Source: Callorhinchus milii (Eukaryota). Taken from it: DNA of 64,000 bases. The first letter of the stretch is position 1, and every line of letters starts with the position of its first letter. A program made the translations under genes and the position numbers. A model generated the notes under the pieces. That model ran no database searches. It worked only from the letters and a program-made list of their open reading frames with translations, and was not told the origin of the DNA. This document shows, one piece after another, positions 1 to 13,060 of the stretch. The DNA lies in assembly GCF_018977255.1 (NCBI RefSeq), contig NW_024704742.1:41046001-41110000 (forward strand), read 5' to 3'.

Positions 1-1049
1 GTAGAAACTGAAATGAAGTAACCAACCACCTTGATATATATAGTATTAGCCAAATCTTACGTGAGGCTGGTCGTCAACCTTCTAAACATAGGCATGGGCA
101 CACAAACCAGGACTGTACTTTGTGTTGTTCGCTGCTGCTGCAGCAGATACTTAATGTTATGGCGTTGAGCAGGACACAGAAACTACACGTGGTGGGCCTG
201 ACGATTCTGGACTGGGCTTGATTGTTTCTTGGGAGGGTTCTAGTGTACACCACCCACATTGAAAAATTGTTCAAGTGAACCAGCCCATTATTATTCTGTG
301 CCTATTCTGGATCTCCAAGCCAAAGACAGAGTGCTGGACGGAGGTGGATATCATGCATGGGTCAGGACTCAGATGACAAAAGAACCTCCTGTACTTTACA
401 ACCGTCATCTGAACCCTGAGATAAGATCACAGACTTAAATGCACTCTCCCTCAGTTTTATTTTTAAATGCAATGGCTAATATGGCTTCATGTCAGTGCTT
501 TCCAATTCCANTTTTTCTTTATCTAGAGCTGTCTCTGGCACTTGATGCGAGGGGATGTTCATTAAAAGGATATCCATGCCTCATGACCCTCAGCAGAAAG
601 TATTAAAGGAGATTTACCGTGCAATGGTTTGCCAGGATTTAGTGCACTCGGTATCCATCATCCACATAGACTGAAATGGTAACTGTAATTGGCAGAGGAG
701 TCTCTACTGCTTCGTAAGGGATACCAACAGACCATAGAACAGAAACTATTGCTTTCTGATGTCCCAAGGCACAGACTGTGCAAAAAGAGTGATGATGCTT
801 TTTGAGATATTTTAGCACAGCATGTCGAGTGCAAGTTGCCTTGCTGTGGAAATAACCACACTTCTATTTTCAAATACACTTCTTCCACTGATTGCTACTG
901 AGGTGTCAGGGTGAGCAATATCTGTGAACCTTTAGGCGCCAAGTGTTAAAGCGCTCCTACATCATATGCAGCAAAAACGGGATGCAGAGCAATGCTTTCA
1001 CTGCTCCAGTAATGTCTCACTTCCAATCTACCAAGCCTCAATACAGCAA

Positions 1050-1620
1050 CCCTTACTATATCAATGTAACATTTTCATTCCCCACAACATATAATCTTCC
1101 AGAGATAGGCTGCGAGCTCATTGCCAATTCAATGCTGAATCCTATAGACTTGCACCCACTAAGAATGAAAAGGGTTACTTTATGCCTTCTGTGGACAATC
1201 AAGTGCAATAAAAAGGTCTTGGTCATTTCTATGGACTTAGGTCCATTGTTTCCAGTACATCTTTTGAATTCAGCTTTTATTAAATCAAGAACTGTGAAGG
1301 ATATAACTTGTGCTTTGTACATCAGCAAATGTAACACTAGGTATTACTCCCAAACATCAAACGGTCAAAAGGACTTTCTCATACATATTAGTTCCTCAAC
1401 TGACCAAGATACAATAACAATAAATTTATTTAAGGAGACAGTCAGTCCAGGGAAGTACTGAACATATCACCAAAAGTAAGCCATTCAGCCCATTGAACTG
1501 CTTTTGTCATATTTTACGATCGTGACACAACTCATCACTCCATTTCCCTATCGTTTCCCAAAATCCCTTAATACTGTATTGAATAAAATAAAATTGTCTG
1601 CCGTTAGCATGAGAAATCCT
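1050..1620 (-). mobile_element. Highly decayed CR1-like LINE 3' fragments
   Basis: Weak resemblance to CR1 ORF2 C-terminus and 3' UTR (plus strand gccattcagcccatt at ~1480). Confidence 0.4.
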
Positions 1621-2519
1621 CATTTTTCTACAGCACCTGGGATCGTTGAGCTCTTACACTAGGTGATAGAAGTTACAAGGGGCAGAGCTCATGTGTCTAC
1701 TGAGACGCTCCATTGCATTTAACAGCGGCAGACATTTGGGAGTTAATGAAGACTCGATACAGAACTTGACCGCTGTAAAGATGAGTATCAACAAGTGTTC
1801 AGTGATACTCAGTGGTACCAGGTTTTCCTGGGGATTGGTGGCTCCAGATCATCTCTCAGACCATACTTCCCCCAGATAAATTTGAGAGCTGCGCAAGGAC
1901 GTGTACAACTCCTCTCATTAATATATCATCAGAGTGGCCCAAAATAGAGTAGGTGGCTCGCAGGAAGTGTATACCATTAGTACAGTATCATTCTTCAATG
2001 AAGCAACCCTCCTCAGTATCTATAGGTCAGGCAGAACAGAAATCATGCCCATAGACTTTCCTTCCCGTTTTATGCCTGTTTGATTAGGAACGAATGAAGC
2101 ATTAAAACACAAGTTAAAAAAGGGGCACAGATTAGATATATATGTACTTATTAAATAATGTATTTTTCAGTTGACTACATCTGATTAACAATCTGTTGAC
2201 TCCATCTGGTGCATATTAAGTGGCTCACTTATGGATTCTAAATATTAATCTGCACTCGCACAGTGGGTGAAGTAGGTGTAGTGCTGGTTAAATAAAGTGG
2301 TAGCATAATGATATGTCATGCAGTGCTCGGGTGTACAAATGCTGTGTAGACAGAGGCCAGGACATGGGTTCACACCAATGCTCTTACAAGCTGCCAGCTC
2401 AACCGTTTCCTCATGTGCATTTAACTCTTTAAGGGCTGTGGGACTATTACAAATCCAACAAGAGGCAGGCAGCAAAAGCACACAGGCAGTGAGGAGAAAT
2501 TATAGGGCAAGGGATCAGG

Positions 2520-2900
2520 CGATCACTCTCATGAGGCTCTCTATGGTATTTAAAGCGGGGAGGAAGAGCAAGTCTGTGGATGCTTTCAGTTCAGAAAGGT
2601 GAGAGCCAGTGACATGAAATGGGAAATAAACATATGTGATCAAAATTAAATACAGTCATGAAAAGATTGTAGGCATTTGCATTCTGAATTTTGAGGGATG
2701 GTGGGGTTGCTAATGCAATGTCGTTAATGTAGTTAATGCAATTGCAGTGCAATATAGACCAGTGTAAAATGATTAGCAAGGTACTGAAAGAGGAATGTCT
2801 GTTAATTGTTATAGTTATACAGGATGTTGATCAGAAAAGAGATTTAGGGCTTATTGTGAATAAATGTATAAGTTCTAGCTCTCTGCTCGGTTGTAGTAAA
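2520..2900 (+). mobile_element. Decayed CR1-like LINE ORF2 fragment
   Basis: Translated pieces resemble CR1 RT C-terminal motifs (QLQCNIDQCKMI ~ QMQFNVDKCEV; DQKRDLGLIV ~ EQRDLGVLV). Confidence 0.55.
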
Positions 2901-3107
2901 AGTAATAAAAAAGGCAAATATTGTATGGTACTGTGTTCCACTGCCAGGGACAACAACAAAATTACATTTGTAAAGCGCCTTTCACGTCAGGAGGACGTCC
3001 CAAGGTGCTGAACAGTCGGGGACCTGAGCATGGTGGTGGGGGGGTGCAGGGTTGGGATGAGGGAGGGCAGAGAGGTAAGGAGGGCAGCGAAAGCGTGGTC
3101 GAAAAGC

Positions 3108-3463
3108 AGCTTAGCGATTAGAGCACTCCTCGCAAGCGAGAGACCTGGGTTCAATTCCCGGGCAAGGCGAAACGGGCAGGTTTCCTTACTCCACACGTCT
3201 CTGTTTACCTAGCGGTAAGTAGGAACCCGGTGGTTCGTTGATTGGCAGATCGCTTTTCCAGGGGTAATAATTCCTTCAAACAAATAATAAATTGGTCACT
3301 TCAATCCACGGCTGTTTGTGGGACACTGCTGTGCATAATTGGCTGCCGTGTTTTGCCCACAAAATATATAGTCAATTCACTTTACAGTATATTCTGTGAA
3401 GCAGTTTGAGACGTCTCTAAGACGTAATAAGGCGCTATATCAATTATCATATATATATGCAAG
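3108..3463 (+). mobile_element. tRNA-Ala-derived SINE, long form (Deu-like core, L2-type tail)
   Basis: B-box GGTTCAATTCC, internal TGTTTACCTAGCGGTAAGTAGGAACCC segment, TGTTTGTGGGACACTGCTGTG..AATTGGCTGCC core, GGCGCTATAT tail. Confidence 0.9.
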
Positions 3464-3475
3464 GGTCTTGCATGT

Positions 3476-3796
3476 GGAGTCCTGTAGCTCAGTGGTTAGA
3501 GCACTCGCTTTGCAAGCGAGAGACTGAGTTCAATTCCAGGCAGAGGGCGAAACCTTGGGCAAGTTTCCTTACTCCACACAGAGCCTAATAATAATCCCTC
3601 CAAAACAAAAACAATAATAAATTGGTCATTTTCTATCTACGACTGTTTGTGGGACACTGCTGTGCGCAATTGGCTGCCGCGTTTGCCCACAAATATACAG
3701 TCAATTCACTTTACAGTATATTCTGTGAAGCGCTTTGGGACGTCTAGAAGACGTGAAAAGCGCTACATCAAAATGCAAGGATTATTATTATTATTG
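3476..3796 (+). mobile_element. tRNA-Ala-derived SINE, short form, full length
   Basis: GGAGTCCTGTAGCTCAGTGGTTAGAGCACTCGCTTTGCAAGCGAG head, Deu-like core, (ATT)n tail. Confidence 0.93.
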
Positions 3797-4053
3797 AGTC
3801 ATGCCTTCAAGGAGGCAAGGGAGGGAGCGAGGCGAAGGGATTGTGGGACAGAGTTCCAAAGACTGGGTTGAAGCAGTGGCGGAGTCGGGCAATTTTGCGG
3901 AGGTGGGAGAAGGCAGAGCGGGTCATGGCACGGATATGGGGGAGAAAGGACAGTTGAGGGTCGAACAAGACGCACGGTTCCTGACTGGCTTGGTGAGGTG
4001 GAGTGTGCATCCATGGATGGTGATGCTGCGAGTGCCTGAGGTAATGAGGCGCT

Positions 4054-4142
4054 GGTGCGAGCCAATCAGAAGGGCCTTGGTCTTACTGACTTTCAGCTGT
4101 AGAAAGTCAGTAAGACCAAGGCCCTTCTGATTGGCTCGCACC
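4054..4142. repeat. Perfect inverted repeat, 41-bp arms, 7-nt spacer
   Basis: ggtgcgagccaatcagaagggccttggtcttactgactttc (4054-4094) - agctgta - gaaagtcagtaagaccaaggcccttctgattggctcgcacc (4102-4142). Confidence 0.97.
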
Positions 4143-4854
4143 CAGGACTTGATGTCTGACAGAGAGTCTGTCAGGACGCCAGTTGGCCTGGAATCGAGGG
4201 TGGAGGCAGAGAGATAGAGTTGGGTGTCATCCGTGTATACGTGGAAGTTGACCCTGTGTCTGCGGATGATGTCACCAAGAGGGAGCATGTAGAGGATGAA
4301 GAGGAGGGGACCAAGGACAGAGCCCTGAGGAACATCACACAAGACTGTGCAGGGGCTGGAAGGGAAAACGTTAAGTCAGTGAAGTGCACGAAACAGAAAT
4401 GTTGGATTCTTTTAACTGCTTAACAATGGGAGTCTGGTGAAACAGCCCTTATTACAGAGGAGCCCTATTATAACAGGTAGTTTTGAGCCCATAAAATCCC
4501 CATAATGGGCCACAGACGCCATTTCTGCATTCACTGCTCTTGTGTGCAGAAAGAGGCATGGCTCCATTACCATTTTGAAATACCATTTTTCATTCCAGAT
4601 TTTCGTACCTATCCTTCAATGGAACGGGAATCAGTGAAGAGTGAAAGAAATCAAAGTAAGTGACCTCAATAATAATAATCCTTGCACTTGATATAGCACT
4701 CCATCACACCGTCGAATACACTATTGTTGCTATTGAGGTCTAGGTCACATCCACATGGAGCTCTCACTCTGTGTAGTGCTAATCAGCGAACCAAGGAGAC
4801 TGCTCTTAATGGCATTAGAGATAAACATTAAAGAAATGCTGTAATTGCAGATAT

Positions 4855-5215
4855 CAGGATGCTAAGATGTTAAGGAAAAGATTTCAGAAGTTGGGTTTGT
4901 TCACTTTGGAAAAGAGATTATTTAACTGAAGTTGAAACATGATGGGGAATGATACATTTGATGTAGCTTCACTGTAGGGAAGGGTTCAAATACCAGGGAT
5001 ACCAGTTCAAAATTAGAAGTAAAGAAGCAAGTCAGGCAAAGTGTGTTCATTTATAAATAAATGATCAGGGGAAACCTATGAAGTAAGCAAAAGTAAGCAA
5101 AATTAAAAAGGTAAGGAATTAGCTGTGTGTCCATAGTGAGAGAGGAGGAGAGGGGAGAAGGGACGTCACAAAGAACTGGCTTATCAGACCTAATGGGCCT
5201 TTCCTTCTCTTAAAA
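4855..5215 (+). mobile_element. CR1-like LINE 3' fragment
   Basis: LGLFTLEKR-like and TRGH..K-like stretches followed by aatgggcctttcct 3' UTR-like motif. Confidence 0.6.
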
Positions 5216-6151
5216 AATCTGAAATTCTAAAAGACGGCAGGATTGATTCTGCAACGGACACTCACTTTTTGTGCAAAAATTTGGAGAACACTGTGCTATA
5301 AATTTCTATAGTTCTAAGGTTTCTCTAAGTCTGAACCGTGATCCTAAACAGTAAACATCAAAAGAACACTATTTAGACTCAGGTACATAGGACACCAGCA
5401 GAAAGCACAATACTATTCCACTATACGGGTTAAATCAAGACCCATCAAGATCTATGCAGATTCTTCTTTGTAGTGGAACAAACTGGACATTCTGTTGTTT
5501 CTGCCCGTGTATTCTGTTAGCATAATCATGAAGAAACCAACAGAAAGATTGTGTTTTTAAATCTCCTTTCCTCTTGTGGCGGATGAAGCACAAATGGCAA
5601 GTGAAATACTGCCGCTTGTGGTCCAATTCAGCCCAGTAAGTGATTGACCTTTAAATATTCCCAACAGCCCTGTCAACTTCAGGGGTAAAGTGATCAAGCC
5701 TCCTTTTGTCTTAATTAAATATAGATTGAAGGTTTAATACTGAAGAACTGGTCTGGTATCTCATATTTTATCCTTTAAAACAGCGGAAAACGCTGAGAAG
5801 ATCAGTAATTGGAGAAGTGACAGGCGGATCACGAGCTAAAAATAATACCACAGAAAAATGCACGGTTTGGCTCCGGCAACAGAAATTAACAACTAAAAAT
5901 TGTATCTATTAAATATTTCAAGAGGGCTGGTATGTGTGTGCACTCTATTTATTTTATCTAGTTATTTTAACATTGTATGTGCTAAATAAATGTGTGTGGT
6001 AAATTTTCGTACAAAATGTGTGCACTAAATCATTTTATCAATCAAAGCTCTGCCACTGTTAAACGCTTTGAGAATTTACGGTGAAAAGCGCTATATAAAT
6101 GCAAGTTGTGGTTGTCATCACTGTGTGTGTTCTACATAAATGCAGCAAGAT

Positions 6152-6473
6152 GACCTGGGTTCGATTCATGGGCAGGGTGAAACGTTGGGCATGTTTCCTT
6201 ATTCTACACGTTTCTATTTACCGAGCAGTAAGTAGGAACCTGGTTGTTAGTTAATTGGTGGATCACTTTTCCTGGGGTAATAAGCCCTTCAATTTTTTAA
6301 AATAATAATAATTTGGTTACTCAATCCCCGACTGTTTGTGAGACACTGCTGTGTACAATTGGTTGTGTTTTACGCACAAAATATACAGTCAATTCACTTT
6401 GTGAAGAGCCTTGAGACATCTCAAAGATGTGATAAGGCACTATATCAAATGCAAGGATTAGTATTATTATTAT
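6152..6473 (+). mobile_element. tRNA-Ala SINE, long form, 5'-truncated
   Basis: Aligns with the 3108-3463 copy from the B-box to the (ATT)n tail. Confidence 0.9.
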
Positions 6474-8106
6474 ATGTATGTCTGCTCAATGATTGTGATA
6501 TTGCGTGTAATTAACAGTTTTAATACTATGTGCACATGCTACATAAATGTAACACTGAGTATTTGTGTGCTACATAAATACAAAATGCTGTATGCATGTG
6601 TACTAAATATTTATGTAATGCTGTTCGTGTTTTCATTAGTTGATCTAATGCAATCGTAAAGAACAGATGGGCAGTCATGGTTTTGATGGGGGGAGGGATT
6701 GGTAAAATAAAAAATCCCTTCCACTCAAGATGGTCTTAGCATCGAATACGAATGTAGTCAGTTAATGTCTTCAACCACCAGTCTTCATAACTTGGAAATT
6801 ATGGGAGAGAAACTGCGCAGAGTCGGAAAACAATGCAACTGTTTTGGCTCTCTACTGCACGATCCTTCTAATCTATTGAAAAGACTGAATTACATTTTGT
6901 TCGCATTCTGATCTCGTTGCCCACCGCAAGCAAAAACATGAATCCAGGTCAATGTTAGTGTATTTATTGTGCCAAATATACTTTTTTTCAGAAAATTGTT
7001 TATTTGTATGTAGTGTCAGTATTGGCATTCAACTAAGCAGAAGACTGTAATATAGTACACAGTCACCATGGTGCAGAGTATAGACATAGACACGCAGCGC
7101 TGTGATGTGTTGCCTTCCCCAATGCATGTAGGGCTCAGAAATAGATCTCATCATAACATGAATCTAGCTTCTCAAGCCTACAGAAAACGAATGGCATGTG
7201 GGTTCCATGTTACGCTATTTTTTTAGAAAACAGAAGCTTAAATCTATCAAAAGGTTGTGATCTTTTTAATCTGTACTTTTAGCCTCAAATTAACTCAAAT
7301 ATGATCACAAACTGATCCAGAAGAAACACAATGCAGCCTGGGGCGATGCCTTCTCCTGACAATGAGTGAAATTACACATTTGTTGCAAACCCACAATGAA
7401 ATTCTCTATTTTTTAAACAACCAACTTTTTTGAACAACTAACGTCAAAGTCTTCTGTCTCACCGTAGAAACGTCCGTAAAAATAGATTTTACATCACAAA
7501 AATCTTTTTCTTTTACCAACAACAAAGGAAAATGTCCTCCGCACAAGCTTTCTGTATTTTAGTCTTATATTCATAGTGCATTAAGAACACACAAAATCAT
7601 GGAACACTTTCTCTAGCCACGCAAAACCTAACCCATCATACACTCTATCTCCATCCCCTTGATCTCCCAGGAATGCTCTGTACAAACACTTCCAGATGCC
7701 CAAAGGCAATCAGGAGAAAACTCCACAACATTCACCCATCCCCCACATCTCTGGTTCGGATCAATTAAGAAATTGCAACGAAGATAACCAAAACAGAAGC
7801 GTGTTGCACTTAACTGTATTCTTAATTGCTACTTCCTTCACAAAAAGGTTTGAGCTAGGATGTGATCCACTTTACAAAATTACATAAAATGCAGAAATAA
7901 AACTGAGGGCCACTCCAAAACCAAGTTGTGAGAGATAAAGAGGAAAGGGGGGGAAATGTCAATCTGCCCATATTATTGCTTATCTGCAATTAATTTAAGG
8001 AAAACATAAATTCTAAGACATCTCATAAGTACATTTAGCACTAAATTCTCATGATGTGCTTGATATACCTGAACCTAAACACTGACATTGGTATCATCTA
8101 AAGGTC

Positions 8107-8224
8107 CGCATTTCCCCCACAAAATATACAGTCAATTCACTTTACTGTCTATTCTGTGAAGTGCTTTGAGATGTCTCGAAGACGTGATAAGGCGCTATAT
8201 CTAATGCAAGGATTATTATTATTA
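8107..8224 (+). mobile_element. SINE 3' fragment
   Basis: cacaaaatatacagtcaattcacttta...ggcgctatatctaatgcaaggattattatt. Confidence 0.88.
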
Positions 8225-8647
8225 AAACAGGAAGCGATATGATAACACTAGTTTCACAGCTTTTTAGTTATTGATTAAAGCAGGAGTCAACTTGACTTAG
8301 CCCAAGATTCTTCTGCTTTTTTTTAAAAAAGCCACACTTTTCACATAGCGAGCACAATGGCCTTGTAGTAATCAACTGTTACAAACACAACTTTACCTAT
8401 AAACACAACAGGACAAATGCAAAACCATCTAACTGTATCTCCTACAATCATCCACAGTCTACAGCATAGTAAACCATTGAGTCTGTGGAGCTGGTGTGAA
8501 CATCCACAACAATGCAGTTCTCTTCCCCCTGTACTGTACTCGAGTGGCAGCTTAGAATATGAGCTCAAGTCCTGACATATGGCGTGACTCCTATTGTTTA
8601 ATTTGTAGAAGTTAAAAACGTAAACTACAAGTATTTCGAAACACCTC

Positions 8648-8900
8648 AAAATAATAATAATAATCGGGAGGACGTTTCAAAGCACTTCACAGATATACTG
8701 TAAAGTGTAGTGACTGTATACCGTGTAGGAGAATGAAGCTCATTTGCATACAGCAATGTCTCACAAACAGCCATGAAGTGAATTTTATATTGTCGGCCAG
8801 GACACCAGGAAAGAATCCCTTGTCTTTTCCAATAGTGCCATTGGATCTTTAACATCCACCTGAACAGGCAGATGGGGCCTCGGTTTAATGTCTCATCCGA
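8648..8900 (-). mobile_element. Older Deu-domain SINE (SacSINE1/AmnSINE1-like)
   Basis: Reverse strand has TCGGATGAGACATTAAACCGAGGCCCCATCTGCCTGTTCAGGTGGATGTTAAAGATCCAATGGCAC, the Deu-domain pattern, plus L2-type tail. Confidence 0.82.
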
Positions 8901-10389
8901 TCACTAACCAATTGATGACAATTAGTGTACATTATAATTATAAGTGCTATGACTGCAGTGAGTGCCTGTCAACTATTTGTTTTTTGTGTGTGAGCGCTTA
9001 TTGTCTCTCCTCCATTCAACAGAGTTTGACATGGTTCCACAGAAATCAGAATAAGTACTAATTCTACTGCAGTATCTTCCACAGATAAGATAAACACATT
9101 ACATATATGCTGCATGGCAATCAGGTCAAAGCCGTTTCTACTAACGGTCATTTCTGTCAAAGCATTGACAATTACTTTTTTTAAAATATTGTAACTCTAT
9201 ATGGTCACACAGATAAGGGATACAGCAATTATTACAACCCATTTGGTTCAATTCGCTGGCAACAACTACACCCTCCCACAGTGAGAATAGGATGCAAATA
9301 TTGTGCCTAATATTGTGCATGTTAGCAAATCCCTTTTAACTATAGTGTCTGACAGCAAAGGAAGAGAAATTTACTCTACCACAAGGTGTTATAGCCAGGA
9401 AAGCAGGGAAACAAGGTGGCAAGAAACATAATTTATATGATCAGGATGCAAACCTGGTCTGGGTACTTGTAAACATGGTGATGGGTTTCTGCATGTGTCA
9501 GAAACCCAGCTCACCAACCAAAAGCAAAGGGGAAATCAAAGGGAACTTTTGACACAAACTGCGCATACAACAACAACTTGCATTCATACAGTGCCTCTCA
9601 CACTGGGTAGTGTCCAGGAGCACTACACTGGGAAGTAAAGCAAGAGGTAGGAACATAGGAACGACAGTTTAGACTAGTTGAATCTGTTTCGCCATAGGAC
9701 AGCTTAAAATCTGCCTGTGTGCAAAATGGACCCTTTGATAATCTCAGTTAGCCTTTTGCTTTCAGCAACATTTAAATACACTTCAGTATTAATTGTCATG
9801 CTAATGAGCTCCACGGGAGAGATTCGAGACACTGCAGTACAATTCCCAGTAATTACAACTTTTATTCTCATTACATCAACAAAATGAACCTCAGATATTT
9901 AAATGAACTGCACAGTAGATCACATCTTGTGTGTCTGCAATAAAGAAACCAGTTTTACAAAGAAATCTAGAAATTTCAGTACAGAAATCGGAAACTGAGC
10001 GTATCATTTCTGTGCAACTGCTACTTTTTTTCCTTATAAGTCACCTATTTTATTCTAAATTGTCTTTTTTTATATAGGATTTAAAAACACACACATTGCT
10101 TTGTGGAGATATTTTTCTTAAATAATCTTAAAACACTCAGCCTATTTTGTAATAAATAACCCAGCACCAAGGCTAACCTGTGGGCTATAATATGATCATA
10201 TACAATACCAGCCCTTCACAGTATTCTTCTCAGACTCTCAAACTGCTTATCTTCTCCAACTCAAAATGGCACAAAGTCGTTTATCTTCTCACTCCAGCTC
10301 CTCCTCCTTCATATTTGCAAAGACCATGCAGAAAGTTAAGGCAAAAGTATGTATCAAAATTTATGCTAAATTGTTTTAAAATTATCATC

Positions 10390-10498
10390 AGTAAATCATA
10401 AAATAATTTCAGCATGGAAGGAGATTATGCGGCCTATCATGTCTATGCTGAGTTATATCAGATCTAATCCCATTACCTCTGGCCTTTCCCCAGATCCT

Positions 10499-10529
<31 letters not shown>

Positions 10530-10700
10530 AGTCTTTCCCAAATTTCCTCTTAAATGCTATTACAGATTTGGCTTCAATAGCCATTTGTGGTGATACATTC
10601 CATATTTTAATAACCCCCTCTGTAAAACCCTTCTAACCTCCCTCTTACTCATCTGATGCTAATCCAAAGTATACCTGGGCTTTCCTCTTATTTTGACAAA
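10390..10700 (-). mobile_element. CR1-like 3' fragment containing a (TTA)n microsatellite
   Basis: Reverse-strand RV..IWN-type CR1 end; (tta)n at ~10499-10527. Confidence 0.6.
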
Positions 10701-12149
10701 GTCTCTCTCTCTCTGGTATCCCTTGGTAAACCGCTGAAGCAGCTGGTTTGCTTTCAATACCCAGCAAATCAACCTTATTTAAAAAAATGGGAGTCCTGTA
10801 GATTAGAAATATATTCTGAATGTACTGTCCAAATTTTAAATCAGCATTTGTGCTTTTAATTTCTGAGGGTTGCATGTTTAATCACCCTTTTCCAAGATTA
10901 ACATTGCCAGAACGATTTGCAGTCTTTGGTCACAGCAATCTATTTTCTAATTGATGCTGTACCTATCCCAAAGATTAGATTTTTTCTGTGCCACCAATTG
11001 AGTCACAGAGGTGATCCATTTTCAAATCTTACTGTGTCCTGCAAACCATCTTCTCCTTCCTGAGGCCTGAAATTCTACCTTGTTTTAACCTGACCATTTT
11101 GTCTCGAAGATTAGAATTGTACAGAACTGTGGAAATTTTAAAATTCAGTTTTCAATTGGAAGCTATTTTTCTGAAATGCTTTTGAAAAAGCTGTCTTCCA
11201 AAGTCTGATTTTTTTTATAATTCTGTGTGAATCTTGGGACTTGCACCTTGGAGTGTCCAGGGCCTCGGGATGTCCTCCCGCAGTGAAAGGTGTTATACAA
11301 GTGTAATTTTGTATTTTGTATTGTATTTTAACTTTTGAGACAAAACAAACTTGCAGGTTGAGATTCAGGACTCTGATGTATAACATACACATTCACCTTA
11401 CAAGGAAAGAAAATGTTAAAAGATTTCATTGCATTGTCAGGTTTATGCAGAAGACTTAATATAAAAATTATCTGCAAAGAAGGGGGCAATTTGGCCCATC
11501 TTGTCTGTGCCTAGGAATAACACGGTTTATGCCGCTTTTATATTACTAAGCATTTCTCCAGAGGCAAAGTGCTGCATAAAAGCAGTGCACTTTGGCACTC
11601 TGGAGCAGTCTAGACCAAGCTCTCCATCAAATCAATTGTTGGCTCCACAGCAAGCCACTGAATATAAAAGCTTTGCTCCAGAGCTAAAGCTGGTCAGCAG
11701 CATACACACCTATTTGATTGACATGTAGTACCAGGTTCTGTTCTTTCTGCTTTGATTTTGTTTTGTATTTTAATTTGTTTTAGTTTATTGGATCCCCAGT
11801 ATTGGGGGCTGGGTTTCTGGAGCCCCAATACTGGACTGGTTTTCTAGCCCCATCAATCCTGGTGGTTATCCTCTTTGACTGTGCTTACAGCCACCTCTCC
11901 CCTAACCCCCGGCTCAGAGTCAGGCTCCATCACTGTTAAGCGCTTTGAGGCACTACCCTGTGCTATACAAGTATAAGTAGTTGTTGTTATTGTATTAAGT
12001 ACAGTATTATGCAAAGCATTTTGTTTGCACTTATTTTACGTTTTGTATGTATTTTTAGAAAAAATATTTTGCCCTTTTTTATTGCACCCTTTTTGTTTGT
12101 TTTGAGTCTTTGCTTATTTTTCATACAACAACTCACAATTCTATAGTGG

Positions 12150-12390
12150 CCTTCACATCTCGTACGCTTAACACCGCCACGTGGAGAGGTGGGAGATGAC
12201 CTATCGGCACGGTCGACAAGGAACATCTTCAGGTGTGATCTGAAGAACGGGCAGGATGAGGCAAGGTGGAGGAACTGAGGAAGAGAGCTCCAGAGTTTCA
12301 GGGCGTAAGGGCTGAAAGCACGGCCACAGATGGTGGAGCGGAGGGGACAAAGGACGCTTATAATTTTGAGGTGGCTTAGTGCACATGCAG
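12150..12390 (-). mobile_element. L2 LINE 3' fragment
   Basis: Translation STICGRAFSPYALKLWSSLP...FRSHLKMFL matches the L2 ORF2 C-terminal G.RAFS..AP.LWN.LP..FK..LKT motif. Confidence 0.8.
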
Positions 12391-12934
12391 CCGCTTCAAA
12401 TTTTAGAGGGAAAGCAAAAGAGAAATTATTGAAATAGAATTCATGCTCGTGTTTACAAATAAATGAGTTAAAAAATATATACATTTTTATAAACTTTGCT
12501 CGAGGTATAAATCTGCGCTTGGGAACATCAAAGAAAGGTAACACTTTTTAAGCGAAGAGATCAAACTAGGAAGGAGCATTTTAGGGTATTACTGGACTAT
12601 CTGTTTCTCAATGCTGTGCTGTCTGCTCTGCTGCTAAGGTACCATATGCATTTACTGCTTGAACAATCAGCAGGTTTAGCTTCTGCTACAGCAAGGCAAC
12701 TAATGGAGGCTCACTGCCTGAGCTACTGGAAGTTTAATAATGAAACACTAGATTATTTTCGTTGTTGCCAAATATATTCCTATCACTGAAGCCACTGTGA
12801 CTTCTTTGGCATCAGCTACACACATATATACATAGAGAAAGGTCCATTGTAGTCTGTAATGAAGGGTTCCAAGACATTCCACTAAAACTGATTGCAATTG
12901 TTTACAGTTGCCAGTTCAATGCTGTTACTCTTTA

Positions 12935-13060
12935 AGTGTTTGGAAATTGGCTGCCGCATTCGCCTACAAACTACACAGTCAGTAACCTTGCAGTGAATCT
13001 TGTGAAGCATTTTGACACGTCCCATGTGAAAGACACTATATCAAATGCAAGGATTATTAT
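12935..13060 (+). mobile_element. SINE 3' fragment
   Basis: aattggctgccgcattcgcc...tatcaaatgcaaggattatt. Confidence 0.82.

Larger units (their letters stand above)
2952..4350 (-). mobile_element. L2-clade LINE, 5'-truncated and internally deleted (RT fragment plus 3' end), interrupted by two SINEs at 3108-3796
   Basis: ORF 3923-4342 contains [42 protein letters not shown] (RT motifs; YADD appears as YTDD); L2 3' tail (..GGCGCTTTACAAATGTAA..TTGTTG) at 2952-3015; 3' region resumes at 3797. Confidence 0.9.

Noticed and set aside
511..511. Single N base
   Set aside because: Assembly ambiguity, not biology.
943..1461. 172-aa plus-strand ORF
   Set aside because: Non-ATG start, no recognisable domain, and it overlaps a decayed CR1-like fragment on the other strand.
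3923..4342. RT-like ORF as a functional gene or novel RT system
   Set aside because: Short L2 fragment with an altered catalytic motif (YTDD), an insertion, deletions and no 5' part.
8341..8649. 102-aa minus-strand ORF as LDB2 exon 3
   Set aside because: No similarity to the expected IGRTLIPRYF... peptide.
11987..12544. 185-aa ORF
   Set aside because: Chance read-through of AT-rich DNA into an L2 C-terminal remnant.
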